From Candidatus Amesbacteria bacterium GW2011_GWA1_47_20 (GTDB taxonomy: Bacteria > Patescibacteriota > Microgenomatia > CAZETR01 > Amesbacteraceae), in contig LCOA01000002.1 of NCBI GenBank assembly GCA_001002405.1, positions 1 to 54,801 of the forward strand: DNA of 54,801 nucleotides. Direction: 5' to 3'. The position numbers and the translations under genes are program-made. Shown here piece after piece: positions 25,642-33,571 of the stretch (positions are counted from its first letter, which is position 1; each line of letters starts with the position of its first letter). The notes under the pieces are model-generated. The model was not told where the DNA came from and made no database searches. It saw nothing but the letters and a program-made list of their open reading frames with translations.

Positions 25642-26830
25642 GTGGTGGTAAAACGTTCGTGTATATCAAGTGGATAGAAGTTGCGGCAAAAACCGTACGG
25701 ATAAGTGAAACAACTTGGTCAACCGGCATAAGGGTAAATTTGGCAGCCAGATTGAAAGGACTGCCGAACAGACCAAAGAATAGAGTTTGCTCACCCAGCA
25801 GGACGATGGCCACATAGCAAAAGAGCAGGACGAGCGAGGGGAGGAAAAGCTTTTTGACGGTCAAAACCAGAATGAGCGAGGACACGATCCAGGTAAACCA
25901 TTGGACGTGATAATGCACTACGGAAAAAAAGAGGAGTAGGATGGAAGTCAGCCAGCCGGCCAGAGACATGGCTTTTGGTTTATAGAAGTTCCACCACAAC
26001 AGTAGTACCAGCCCTAGTAAAAAGATGGAGATGGATTGGCCGCCCGAGACGGGAATTTTGGCAAACCATAGTTTCTCCGTCTGATCGGCCAGCAGGGCAT
26101 ACTGTCTAAAAGCTGGAGAGGACAAATACGGGAAAATAATAATAAGGTAAGTGAGAAAGGCCAGGCCGATGTGTTTAAATTTGCCCCATAATCCCTGGCC
26201 CAAAAATGGAACCAAAAGCAGGGGGAAAGGCTTAAATCCTGCTGCCAGGCCGATACACACGGCTGCCCACAAAGACCGGCCGCGGGCAGCCAGCAGCAAA
26301 GCCAAGAGCAGAAATACAGCGATATAAATGTCAAACTGGGCCAGCATGTAGGAAGAATAAATAGTGACGGGGTTAAATATCCACAGGCTGGCAGCTAATA
26401 GCTTACGCTTGGAGTCCACCAGCTTGAAAATAATAAATAATCCGGCTGCGTCGGCCACCAAATACGGGAATTTCAGTAAATAAAGCAGCCAGGGCAGATG
26501 GGGATCGGGACGGACGTGATCGAAATACAAAATGAGAGTATTGAGAGTCTGCCAGGGATATAAAGGGCTCAAAAGCCACATAAACAGGGCGTGAGTCAAA
26601 TATGCCAGCGGCGGGTAAATGAACAGCCCGTCAGTCATAAAGACTTCTAAGATGCGGTCGGTTCTAGGCAGGCGGCTAATATAATCGTAAAAACCTAAGA
26701 GCTGGCCTTTTTGGGTGATTAAATACGCGGCCAGGTTGTAGGCCCGGAAATCGGCGTGCATGGTGATGGGAATCAGCACCAGGCGGATAATCAAGCCTAC
26801 TATGGCGAGAATTGCGATTTTTTTGGTCAT
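25625..26830 (-). CDS. Polytopic GT-C-like membrane protein (DUF2029/Gpi18-related type)
   Basis: HADFRAYNLAAYLI...FIYPPLAYLTHALF and AAGFKPFPLLLVPFL. Paralog of 16046-17212. ATGA overlap at 26827-26830. Confidence 0.45.
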   Translation of the reverse strand: MTKKIAILAIVGLIIRLVLIPITMHADFRAYNLAAYLITQKGQLLGFYDYISRLPRTDRILEVFMTDGLFIYPPLAYLTHALFMWLLSPLYPWQTLNTLILYFDHVRPDPHLPWLLYLLKFPYLVADAAGLFIIFKLVDSKRKLLAASLWIFNPVTIYSSYMLAQFDIYIAVFLLLALLLAARGRSLWAAVCIGLAAGFKPFPLLLVPFLGQGLWGKFKHIGLAFLTYLIIIFPYLSSPAFRQYALLADQTEKLWFAKIPVSGGQSISIFLLGLVLLLWWNFYKPKAMSLAGWLTSILLLFFSVVHYHVQWFTWIVSSLILVLTVKKLFLPSLVLLFCYVAIVLLGEQTLFFGLFGSPFNLAAKFTLMPVDQVVSLIRTVFAATSIHLIYTNVLPPHAKKT

Positions 26831-27852
26831 ATCAGCTTTGAAAATTGAGAGTTAAAAACTTGCGCTGAGAAAAGCCTACTCCTTTCCTGGGCTTGTTTGG
26901 CAATTCTTTGAAGTCTTTGTTCATCTTTTGACAAAGAGACAGTGTCCTTCACCAGTTGATTGATCGAATTCCATAGATACCCCGATTGCCCAGGAACGAC
27001 TGTCTCCAGATGGCCTCCGGAATTAGTGACCAGGGGGACTGTCCCGGCCGCCATAGCTTCCACAGTGGTGATACCGAAGTGCTCCATTCTTTCCGGGTGA
27101 GCGGCAGAACTTACCCCGAAACCTGTTGCCGACCAAAAAATTTTGGCTGAACCTAAAAGTTCTCTAATCTTTTCCAAAGAAGGGTTAGAAATAATTTTGA
27201 TAGGCAGCTTTTGAACTAAATCCCGATAGTTCTTCAAAAGATCTCGGTCTTTCGACCCACCTGCTAAAACTAACCGCCAATCTGGCAAGAGCGGGAGAAG
27301 TTGAGAAAACGCTTTGATTAATATATCTTGACGCTTGGAATGTAACCCGTGAGCTAATCTGCCAATGCCCACAATCATATTTTGTTTAGGTAAGGGTTTG
27401 AAAAGTTTGACGGCCACGGGAGGATAGACAACGTGTGAATCGATACCATAAACCCGGTCAATGACTGACTTAGTAAATAGCGAGTTGCAGACTACGGTGT
27501 AGAAGCGGATTTTAAAACGGTTGGCCAGCGTCCCACAGCCTTGCCAATGCGCCGGAATTTGCATATGAATGATTGTTTTTTTGGCAAATGATACAGGAAT
27601 GCTTCCATCACTAACCCAAAATATAAGTTCATAGTTCATAGTTGAGAGTTGATAGTTACCCGGGAAGGGAATGAATCGGGCAGAGTGCAATTTGACACCA
27701 AACCTATCTTTTATTTTGCGGGTGAAATCGGTGGGCCACCAAAAATCAACTTGATATCCCCGACTTTCAAGAAATTGCGCCACTGCCGCTGAATACCTTT
27801 CTCCACCTCCTAAAGTATCTAAATATGGATCATAAATGGCGGCCCGTTTCAT
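26827..27852 (-). CDS. GT4-family (Glycos_transf_1) glycosyltransferase
   Basis: EHFGITTVEAMAAGTVPLVTNSGG motif. ATGA overlap at 27849-27852. Confidence 0.8.
   Translation of the reverse strand: MKRAAIYDPYLDTLGGGERYSAAVAQFLESRGYQVDFWWPTDFTRKIKDRFGVKLHSARFIPFPGNYQLSTMNYELIFWVSDGSIPVSFAKKTIIHMQIPAHWQGCGTLANRFKIRFYTVVCNSLFTKSVIDRVYGIDSHVVYPPVAVKLFKPLPKQNMIVGIGRLAHGLHSKRQDILIKAFSQLLPLLPDWRLVLAGGSKDRDLLKNYRDLVQKLPIKIISNPSLEKIRELLGSAKIFWSATGFGVSSAAHPERMEHFGITTVEAMAAGTVPLVTNSGGHLETVVPGQSGYLWNSINQLVKDTVSLSKDEQRLQRIAKQAQERSRLFSAQVFNSQFSKLI
27626..27657. repeat. Heptanucleotide tract (AGTTCAT AGTTCAT AGTTGAG AGTTGAT AGTT) in a GT4 gene
   Basis: Encodes YQLSTMNYEL. Confidence 0.85.
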
Positions 27853-28598
27853 TTTTTAACCAATTGCATTTCCCACAGGCGGGCGTAGATAACGAAAGAA
27901 TTAAACACCTGAAATACTCCGTCAATGACACCTTCGACGCCATCGCGCCAGGCGAACAGCTTGACAAAGCGCAGCCAAAACTCGGTGAACATGACCCGGA
28001 CAAATCTCCACCAAGACATGCGGGGATGGCCGGTAGCCAAGCGCAACCGGGCTTCGTAGGTCGTAAAGTCTAAAGTTTTATTCAACATTGAAGTCAAATC
28101 CCGGTGGGAATAATGGACTAGTTCATGATTCATGGTTCGTAATTCACCTGAAAAAACCGGTTGTTCGTGAAGCTCGCCCACGTACCTCTGGAGGGCAGAT
28201 TTTTTAAACAGTCTAATGACCCTGTCGCCGCCCCAACCGCCGAAATGCATTTCCCGGCCCAAATATATATTTTTGCGGGGGATTTGATACACTTGAACGG
28301 AATCAGGAGAGGACATAATTTGTTCGATCTCTTTTTTGAGTAAAGGAGTTACTCGTTCATCGGCGTCTACATACAAAATCCAACTGCCACGGGCGGCTTT
28401 GAGTCCGAGATTTCGCCGGGTAGCATAACTATCCTCCCTACATGTCACAATTTTGGCTCGATGGGATTCGGCTATGTCAACGGTAGCGTCGGTGCTGCCG
28501 CTATCAACGACAACGATTTCGTCAGAAAAAGCCAGAGACAGGAGACATTCTCCAATCATGCTTTCTTCGTTTTTGGCAATGATGATGCTAGTTAACAT
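27849..28598 (-). CDS. GT2-family glycosyltransferase (WaaE/KdtX-like subtype)
   Basis: SIIIAKNEESMI, VVVDSGSTDAT and YVDADE. ATG 28598 preferred over the track start 28613. Confidence 0.85.
   Translation of the reverse strand: MLTSIIIAKNEESMIGECLLSLAFSDEIVVVDSGSTDATVDIAESHRAKIVTCREDSYATRRNLGLKAARGSWILYVDADERVTPLLKKEIEQIMSSPDSVQVYQIPRKNIYLGREMHFGGWGGDRVIRLFKKSALQRYVGELHEQPVFSGELRTMNHELVHYSHRDLTSMLNKTLDFTTYEARLRLATGHPRMSWWRFVRVMFTEFWLRFVKLFAWRDGVEGVIDGVFQVFNSFVIYARLWEMQLVKK
28121..28148. repeat. Degenerate heptanucleotide tract (GTTCATG ATTCATG GTTCGTA ATTCACC) in a GT2 gene
   Basis: Encodes GELRTMNHEL. The unit is related to that of 27626-27657. Confidence 0.7.
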
Positions 28599-29446
28599 AA
28601 CTACCCCGGCCAAACCGGCCTAAATAAAAATCAACCACTCCCTTTCTTTGCCAGGGACGGCCCGAGACCAGATGCTGAAGTGACTGACGAAAAAGGGCCA
28701 GTTTGGTGCGCGGCGGCGCCCAGCGCAGACCAAAAAGCAAGCGGTTGCGGGTGGTGTAATAGTCGGCCAGCGGTGAACCTATGCCAGAAGCCTGACCAAC
28801 TCGATGCCAGACAATACTTTCCGGTACATAATAGAGTTTCCAGCCCGCGCGGGAAGCCCTGACGCAGAGATCAGTTTCCTCGTAATACAAAAAATATTTA
28901 GGGTCAATCAGGCCAATTTGTTCCAGAACTTGCTTGGCCGATGTCTACTTCGTCAATACCTATATGTTGAGTAATGAGGTTAGCCCAATCGATCTTGCCT
29001 CCGGCATACCACAGCACGTGGCCCAGCTGGGACGGGGTATACCTGGTTTTGTGAAACTCGAAGCCTTTGGCAAAGTAACATTTGGAACCAAAAATGCCTC
29101 CCATAGGATGGTCGGAGGCGGCATCAGCCAACGCCTGCAGACTCCCGGGATGAACCTGGACGTCGGGGTTTACAATCCAGACAAAGTCCGAGCCGTGGTC
29201 CAAAGCGTACTGCAGGCCCACGTTATTGCCGCCGGCGTAGCCTAAATTTTGCCCCGTTTGGATAAGTTTGAATTTGGGGAACAGCTTTTTAATTAGCTTA
29301 ACCGAATTATCCGTAGAACCATTGTCTACTACCACGATTTCCACTTGATGAGGACGGGTGGCCAGACGACCAAGCGACCGCAGACAGGGAGCGATATATT
29401 TACCCGCGTTCCAATTAAGAACGACTACCGTAATTTTCATATCCAT
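28588..29446 (-). pseudogene. GT2 glycosyltransferase with internal deletion plus frameshift
   Basis: The N-terminal ORF 28904-29446 (VVVLNWN, VVDNGSTDNS, IVNPDV ... GIDEVDIGQ) stops at 28904. The C-terminal part (KQVLEQIGLIDPKYFLYYEETDLCVRASRAGWKL) is in another frame. The roughly 17-aa segment that normally lies between GQ and the VxExIG motif, including the SGA/GAC motif, is absent. Confidence 0.65.
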
Positions 29447-30276
29447 CGCCTAAGCCAAGTAGGTGAGTTCCACCAGCGATACTCACGGGCTTTACTTTTT
29501 AACTCATGTGTCAAATCGGCTTGACTGAATTTTGTCTCGGCGAAACCTTGGTGTTCCCAGGCTTTGAGGAAGCGTATGAATTCGGAAAACATTTGCAGAC
29601 CGGCTAAAGCCAGACCGTGCAGCCCCTGGGTGTATCCCCGGCGGGCGAAATATTGACTCAAAAACTCGGCTATGGGTTTAGTTACCAGGTCGGCCGGAGT
29701 AAATGAGGTAGGAATGGCAGCTTCAGAGTAACGATCTATGCGTTCTAGGTACTGACTGATGGAAGAATAGTTATGATGCACCAAACTGAATTCTTCTTTG
29801 GCAGGCAAATCTGCTCCCCGGCCTTGGGTAACAGGAATACTGTGAACGGTGTCTTCCCAGGTTACAGTTCCGCGGCGGAACAGGCGATAGACGTAGTCCG
29901 GCCACCAGTGGTCCGAAGTGATCCATTTGCCAAAAATGATATTTTTACGTGGCAGGCGGTAATAATCTACTGCAGAATCCTTGATCAGTTCTTTTATTTT
30001 TTTAGCCAGAGCTGGAGGAACTTCCTCGTCGGCATCCAGTAGAAGTATCCAGTCTCCGATAGCCTTGGAGATGGAGAAATTGCGTATGTGCTCGACGATG
30101 CCCGTGTGGGCATGGGGAAAAACCTTGGCCCCGAGCTTTTTGGCTGTTTCGGCTGTTTTGTCGGTAGTGGCTGCATCTACTACAACGACTATTTCATTCG
30201 CGAGGCGGGAAATGGAAGATATGGCGCGACCGATGTTCTTTTCTTCGTTCCAGGCCGTAATTACCACCGAGAGCAT
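29437..30276 (-). CDS. GT2-family glycosyltransferase (WaaE/KdtX-like subtype)
   Basis: LSVVITAWNEEKNI, VVVDAATTDKT and LLDADE. Confidence 0.85.
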   Translation of the reverse strand: MLSVVITAWNEEKNIGRAISSISRLANEIVVVVDAATTDKTAETAKKLGAKVFPHAHTGIVEHIRNFSISKAIGDWILLLDADEEVPPALAKKIKELIKDSAVDYYRLPRKNIIFGKWITSDHWWPDYVYRLFRRGTVTWEDTVHSIPVTQGRGADLPAKEEFSLVHHNYSSISQYLERIDRYSEAAIPTSFTPADLVTKPIAEFLSQYFARRGYTQGLHGLALAGLQMFSEFIRFLKAWEHQGFAETKFSQADLTHELKSKAREYRWWNSPTWLRRWI

Positions 30277-30280
30277 GCTT

Positions 30281-31846
30281 CTATTTTAGCAGAATAGGTC
30301 TAGCCCAGATAGCTACTTGGGAATTTTCAAATAGTTTGGTCATACCCAGATCTGTCTCGCTTAAGCGGGGGCGAACCGAGGCTACCTGGGGTAAATAGAG
30401 ATAGCGAATGTGGTTTGTGGAAAGAAACTGGGCGGCGGAGGTCACATTAGAAGTTGTGAACAGATCTAAGACTTGCTGCCGGCGAGCAGGCCAGGCAAAA
30501 CCGGTGATGTTTAAATTCACCTCGTCCTCCAGATACACCGGTTGACCGGAAAGAGCAGAGACATAAGCCGTAGATTCGTAGAGATACAACGGGCGCGGGG
30601 GCGGAGCGTAAGGATCGGGATTTACGACCGGCGTAAGTACGGTGCCGGCAGGCTGACGGCGCAGAAACTGCAGGGCTTCTAATTCTGAATTGGAAACCAT
30701 GGCTGGAGGTCGGGCAGGCAGATAGACGTCATGGAGAGTGATCAGGGTAGTGGGAAGAGTAAGGAGAACTATCAAAATTTGAAATTTAAAATTTGAAATT
30801 TTCAATACTTCACCGGCGAGGAGGCTGGCAAAGAAAAGCGGGTAGTAGAAGAATTGGATAGTGTTCCAGGGAGTGCCGGATTGCAAAAATAACATGGGTA
30901 AAATAAGGCCCGTTACCATGATGGTGGCGTAAAACAAATTCGACTTCCGCGCCAGAAAAATCAGCCGAGTGCCTAGATTTCCGAGGACAAAAATGGCCAG
31001 GGCCACGGCGTAAGCGAGTACGGCCTTGAACCAGACGCCTGCGGCCCGATAGTTGATCATGGCCTGGTAAAAGCGCGGCCAGTTCAGCCGGTCAGAAAGG
31101 GCCATCATGGTTTCCAAAAACCAGCCGGGTTGAAAAACTACCAGCGAGGCAGACTGGCGGTTGGTAAGAAGCGTCAGAACCGCAGCGATTGCTCCGGTGG
31201 GGATCAAAGTTTTAAAAAGTTGGCGCTGGCGCAGCGCGGCCACGGTCAGACCAACTATAACTAGAATGGCGGCATAAACTTTGATCTGGGCCAGTAAACC
31301 AAAAACCAATCCTGCCAGAAGGTAACGCCGGTTTTCCAAAAGAATCAGGCCCGCTAGCAAGACAACAAGGGACAGAGCGTAGGGAGGATTGATGAGGGTA
31401 GAGATGGATGCCTGGGACCAAAATGTGGATTCGCCCCGGCTCAAAATCCAGGCCCAGTTGCTGCCGAAATACACAAAGAAGACCGACCATAGATTGCGAG
31501 TCAGGCGATAGGTCAGGTAGCCGATAGCCAGAGCCAATAGAGGCGGGGCAATTTGAAAATACAGATTAACCACCGGGATATTGGTCAGGCGATGCAAGCT
31601 GGCCAGAAGTAAATCAAAACCCAAGTGATAATTTTTAATAGTCTCTCCGGCAAACATAGGCATGCTTAGGCTGCCGCGGGACAGGCTTTCGATAAGAGAC
31701 AAATGCCATATGCCATCGTGGCCATTTGCTCCCCAAAACCCCATGCCGAAGTCGTAAACCAGGCCGCTTTTAATCATAGTTTGGGACCAAATGATTGTCC
31801 CTAAAATAATCAATAACCAATGGCGATATTTAGCGACGAAAAGCAT
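30281..31846 (-). CDS. Polytopic membrane protein of unknown family (possible polymerase/ligase or GT-C-like)
   Basis: About 12 or more TM segments, an N-terminal loop FWGANGHDGIWHLSLIESL and a C-terminal soluble domain. ATG 31846 preferred over the track start 31903. Confidence 0.4.
   Translation of the reverse strand: MLFVAKYRHWLLIILGTIIWSQTMIKSGLVYDFGMGFWGANGHDGIWHLSLIESLSRGSLSMPMFAGETIKNYHLGFDLLLASLHRLTNIPVVNLYFQIAPPLLALAIGYLTYRLTRNLWSVFFVYFGSNWAWILSRGESTFWSQASISTLINPPYALSLVVLLAGLILLENRRYLLAGLVFGLLAQIKVYAAILVIVGLTVAALRQRQLFKTLIPTGAIAAVLTLLTNRQSASLVVFQPGWFLETMMALSDRLNWPRFYQAMINYRAAGVWFKAVLAYAVALAIFVLGNLGTRLIFLARKSNLFYATIMVTGLILPMLFLQSGTPWNTIQFFYYPLFFASLLAGEVLKISNFKFQILIVLLTLPTTLITLHDVYLPARPPAMVSNSELEALQFLRRQPAGTVLTPVVNPDPYAPPPRPLYLYESTAYVSALSGQPVYLEDEVNLNITGFAWPARRQQVLDLFTTSNVTSAAQFLSTNHIRYLYLPQVASVRPRLSETDLGMTKLFENSQVAIWARPILLK
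30283..30288 (-). promoter_or_regulatory. Possible internal -10-like box
   Basis: TAAAAT, N6 (agaagc), ATG 30276. It overlaps the stop region of the upstream gene and could be chance. Confidence 0.2.
30774..30801. repeat. Perfect AT-rich 14-nt tandem duplication (AAAATTTGAAATTT x2)
   Basis: Encodes KISNFKFQI inside the membrane protein gene 30281-31846. Confidence 0.9.
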
Positions 31847-33263
31847 GGAGAAGTTTACGGGCGTCGGTGAATAACGCTGGCCCGACGAGTAAATATACAA
31901 CAATTGCGTAAGCTGCTACCCCAAGCAGGATGTTTCCCACTAGCGCTACTAAGATCATAGCCACTGTCGCCAGCGCCGGCTTGACAAAGCTATTTATCAG
32001 ACTAAAGCCCGTTAAACGCTTGACGATAATGACGGGGATGATGGAGGTTAAGGCGATGAGAGCCGTGGCGTAAGCCACGCCGTTGTAGCCAAAGCGGTGG
32101 GCCAAAGACGGAACCAAGATCCAGGTGAGAGCGGTCCACATGAACATTAAATAAGTATTGGTTTTGACGCGGCCCAGGGCATTGAGAGTGTTCGTTAACG
32201 GAGTAGAAACGCTGGCCAGAGCAGAATTAAAACAATACAGCGTCAGAGCCAAGAGGGCCGGCTGCCATTTGGAGTAGCGGGGAATAAAAAGAACCAGTTG
32301 GGGAGCAAAGACGGCTAGACCGGCCACAATTGGGAAAGTGATAAGCGTAATGAAAAACAGAGTGCGTTCGATGGCCCGACGCAATTCTACGGGATTATCT
32401 TGAAGTCTGGCAAAACTGGGGAATGTGACCCTAGTAACATTATCCATAATAAAACGCAGGGGTTTTTGGGACCAAGTCTGGGCCCAACCAATAATACCTA
32501 CGCCATCGGCCCCTATAATTTTCCAAAGGATGATGTTGATGAAGCGGTCTTTGACGGTGGCCACCAGGGAATTTATCTGATACGGCAGGCCAAAAGAGAG
32601 AAGAGATTTGAGAGAAGAGATAGAGAAGGATAAACCAATTTTCCAGGGCGACAGCCAGTAAATCATAGCTGTGCCGACGACTCCTCGGAAAATGACGGCC
32701 CAGGCATAAGATATGACTCCCCCACCCTGCCAGGCCAAAAGGACGGCAATGCCGTAAAAGATAATGGTTTCCACGACTTCCACTGCAGCCAGCTCTTTAA
32801 ATTGCAATTTGCGTTCTAGAATGACTGATGGGATGGTTTTGAGGGAAGCTAAGAAAAAGGCTGCCAATAGACTGTAAAAAAGCCACGTACCATTGTTACT
32901 GATGTGGTAAAAACTAAATATCCAAGGAGAAACCCCCAGCGTTAACAATAACAGTAAGAGAACTATGATTTGCTGGATGGTGAATGTAGTACGCAGATCG
33001 GTGATAGTTACCTGATCTTTTTTCTGAATAAGTGAGGCGGCTAATCCAATGTCAGAAAAATAACCAAGTATGGAAACTAGATCGTTAACTGCAATAAACA
33101 GACCGATTTCCGGTCGACCCAAAAAAATGGACAGGGCCAGAAAACCGCCGGTAGCCACAAACTGTAACAAGAATGAACGGCTAATAAGCGTGACTATCCC
33201 CGAAACCGTGCGCGCCTTAACAGTGGTCAAATCTACATCCCCGAGCGTCATTTCTTCCGCCAT
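31830..33263 (-). CDS. Wzx-type oligosaccharide flippase (MOP superfamily, polysaccharide biosynthesis protein)
   Basis: 477 aa, about 12-14 TM segments, overall pattern typical of Polysacc_synt/Polysacc_synt_C flippases. Operon head with TAAAAT 6 nt upstream of the ATG. Confidence 0.7.
   Translation of the reverse strand: MAEEMTLGDVDLTTVKARTVSGIVTLISRSFLLQFVATGGFLALSIFLGRPEIGLFIAVNDLVSILGYFSDIGLAASLIQKKDQVTITDLRTTFTIQQIIVLLLLLLTLGVSPWIFSFYHISNNGTWLFYSLLAAFFLASLKTIPSVILERKLQFKELAAVEVVETIIFYGIAVLLAWQGGGVISYAWAVIFRGVVGTAMIYWLSPWKIGLSFSISSLKSLLSFGLPYQINSLVATVKDRFINIILWKIIGADGVGIIGWAQTWSQKPLRFIMDNVTRVTFPSFARLQDNPVELRRAIERTLFFITLITFPIVAGLAVFAPQLVLFIPRYSKWQPALLALTLYCFNSALASVSTPLTNTLNALGRVKTNTYLMFMWTALTWILVPSLAHRFGYNGVAYATALIALTSIIPVIIVKRLTGFSLINSFVKPALATVAMILVALVGNILLGVAAYAIVVYLLVGPALFTDARKLLHAFRR
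32596..32623. repeat. 14-nt tandem duplication (GAGAGAAGAGATTT GAGAGAAGAGATAG) in the flippase gene
   Basis: 12/14 identical. Encodes SISSLKSLLS. Confidence 0.8.
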
Positions 33264-33269
33264 GAAGTC

Positions 33270-33275
33270 ATTTTA
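33270..33275 (-). promoter_or_regulatory. -10-like box for the flippase-led operon
   Basis: TAAAAT, N6 (gacttc), then ATG 33263. The -35 is weak. Confidence 0.35.
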
Positions 33276-33338
33276 TCGAACTTGCTTAGAATTTCCTAAT
33301 TTGTAATGGTGGCCACACATCCCCACTCTACTATAGGT

Positions 33339-33366
33339 TTGACAAAATATTGACGGATGATATAAT
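33339..33366 (+). promoter_or_regulatory. Near-consensus sigma70-type promoter
   Basis: TTGACA (33339-33344), N16, TATAAT (33361-33366); ATG follows at 33374. Confidence 0.55.
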
Positions 33367-33373
33367 TTCGATT

Positions 33374-33571
33374 ATGAAAAATGAACTGGCTCAATTGTTG
33401 GCAGTATTGAACAAGGGGGTGATGACAGAAGATTTGAAAGAAGCCGTTGTTGGGGGAAGGATCAGTGAAGAAGCGGCTGCCAGACTTGCCCAGGCGGATC
33501 ATAGAGGTGGAAGTAGCTCAGTAGACGCCTTAAAGAGTAATGCTGCGGTGCCGTCTACCACGGAAGCCTAA
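33374..33571 (+). CDS. Candidate leaderless 65-aa helical protein (or a noncoding/antisense transcript)
   Basis: ATG 33374 lies 7 nt after a consensus TTGACA-N16-TATAAT promoter. Translation MKNELAQLLAVLNKGVMTEDLKEAVVGGRISEEAAARLAQADH... Its 3' end overlaps the convergent gene by 42 nt. Confidence 0.3.
   Translation: MKNELAQLLAVLNKGVMTEDLKEAVVGGRISEEAAARLAQADHRGGSSSVDALKSNAAVPSTTEA

Noticed and set aside
28895-28925. Similarity of ...attggcctgattgaccctaaat... (minus strand) to the 37-nt TAATTGACC element.
   Set aside because: It encodes the conserved GT2 motif EQIGLIDPKYF and matches only about 12 nt. This is most likely coincidence.
33296-33502. Minus-strand 68-aa ORF in the 33264-33529 spacer.
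   Set aside because: It lies antisense to the consensus promoter and small ORF, has no start-context signal, and begins downstream of the flippase operon's own -10 and ATG.
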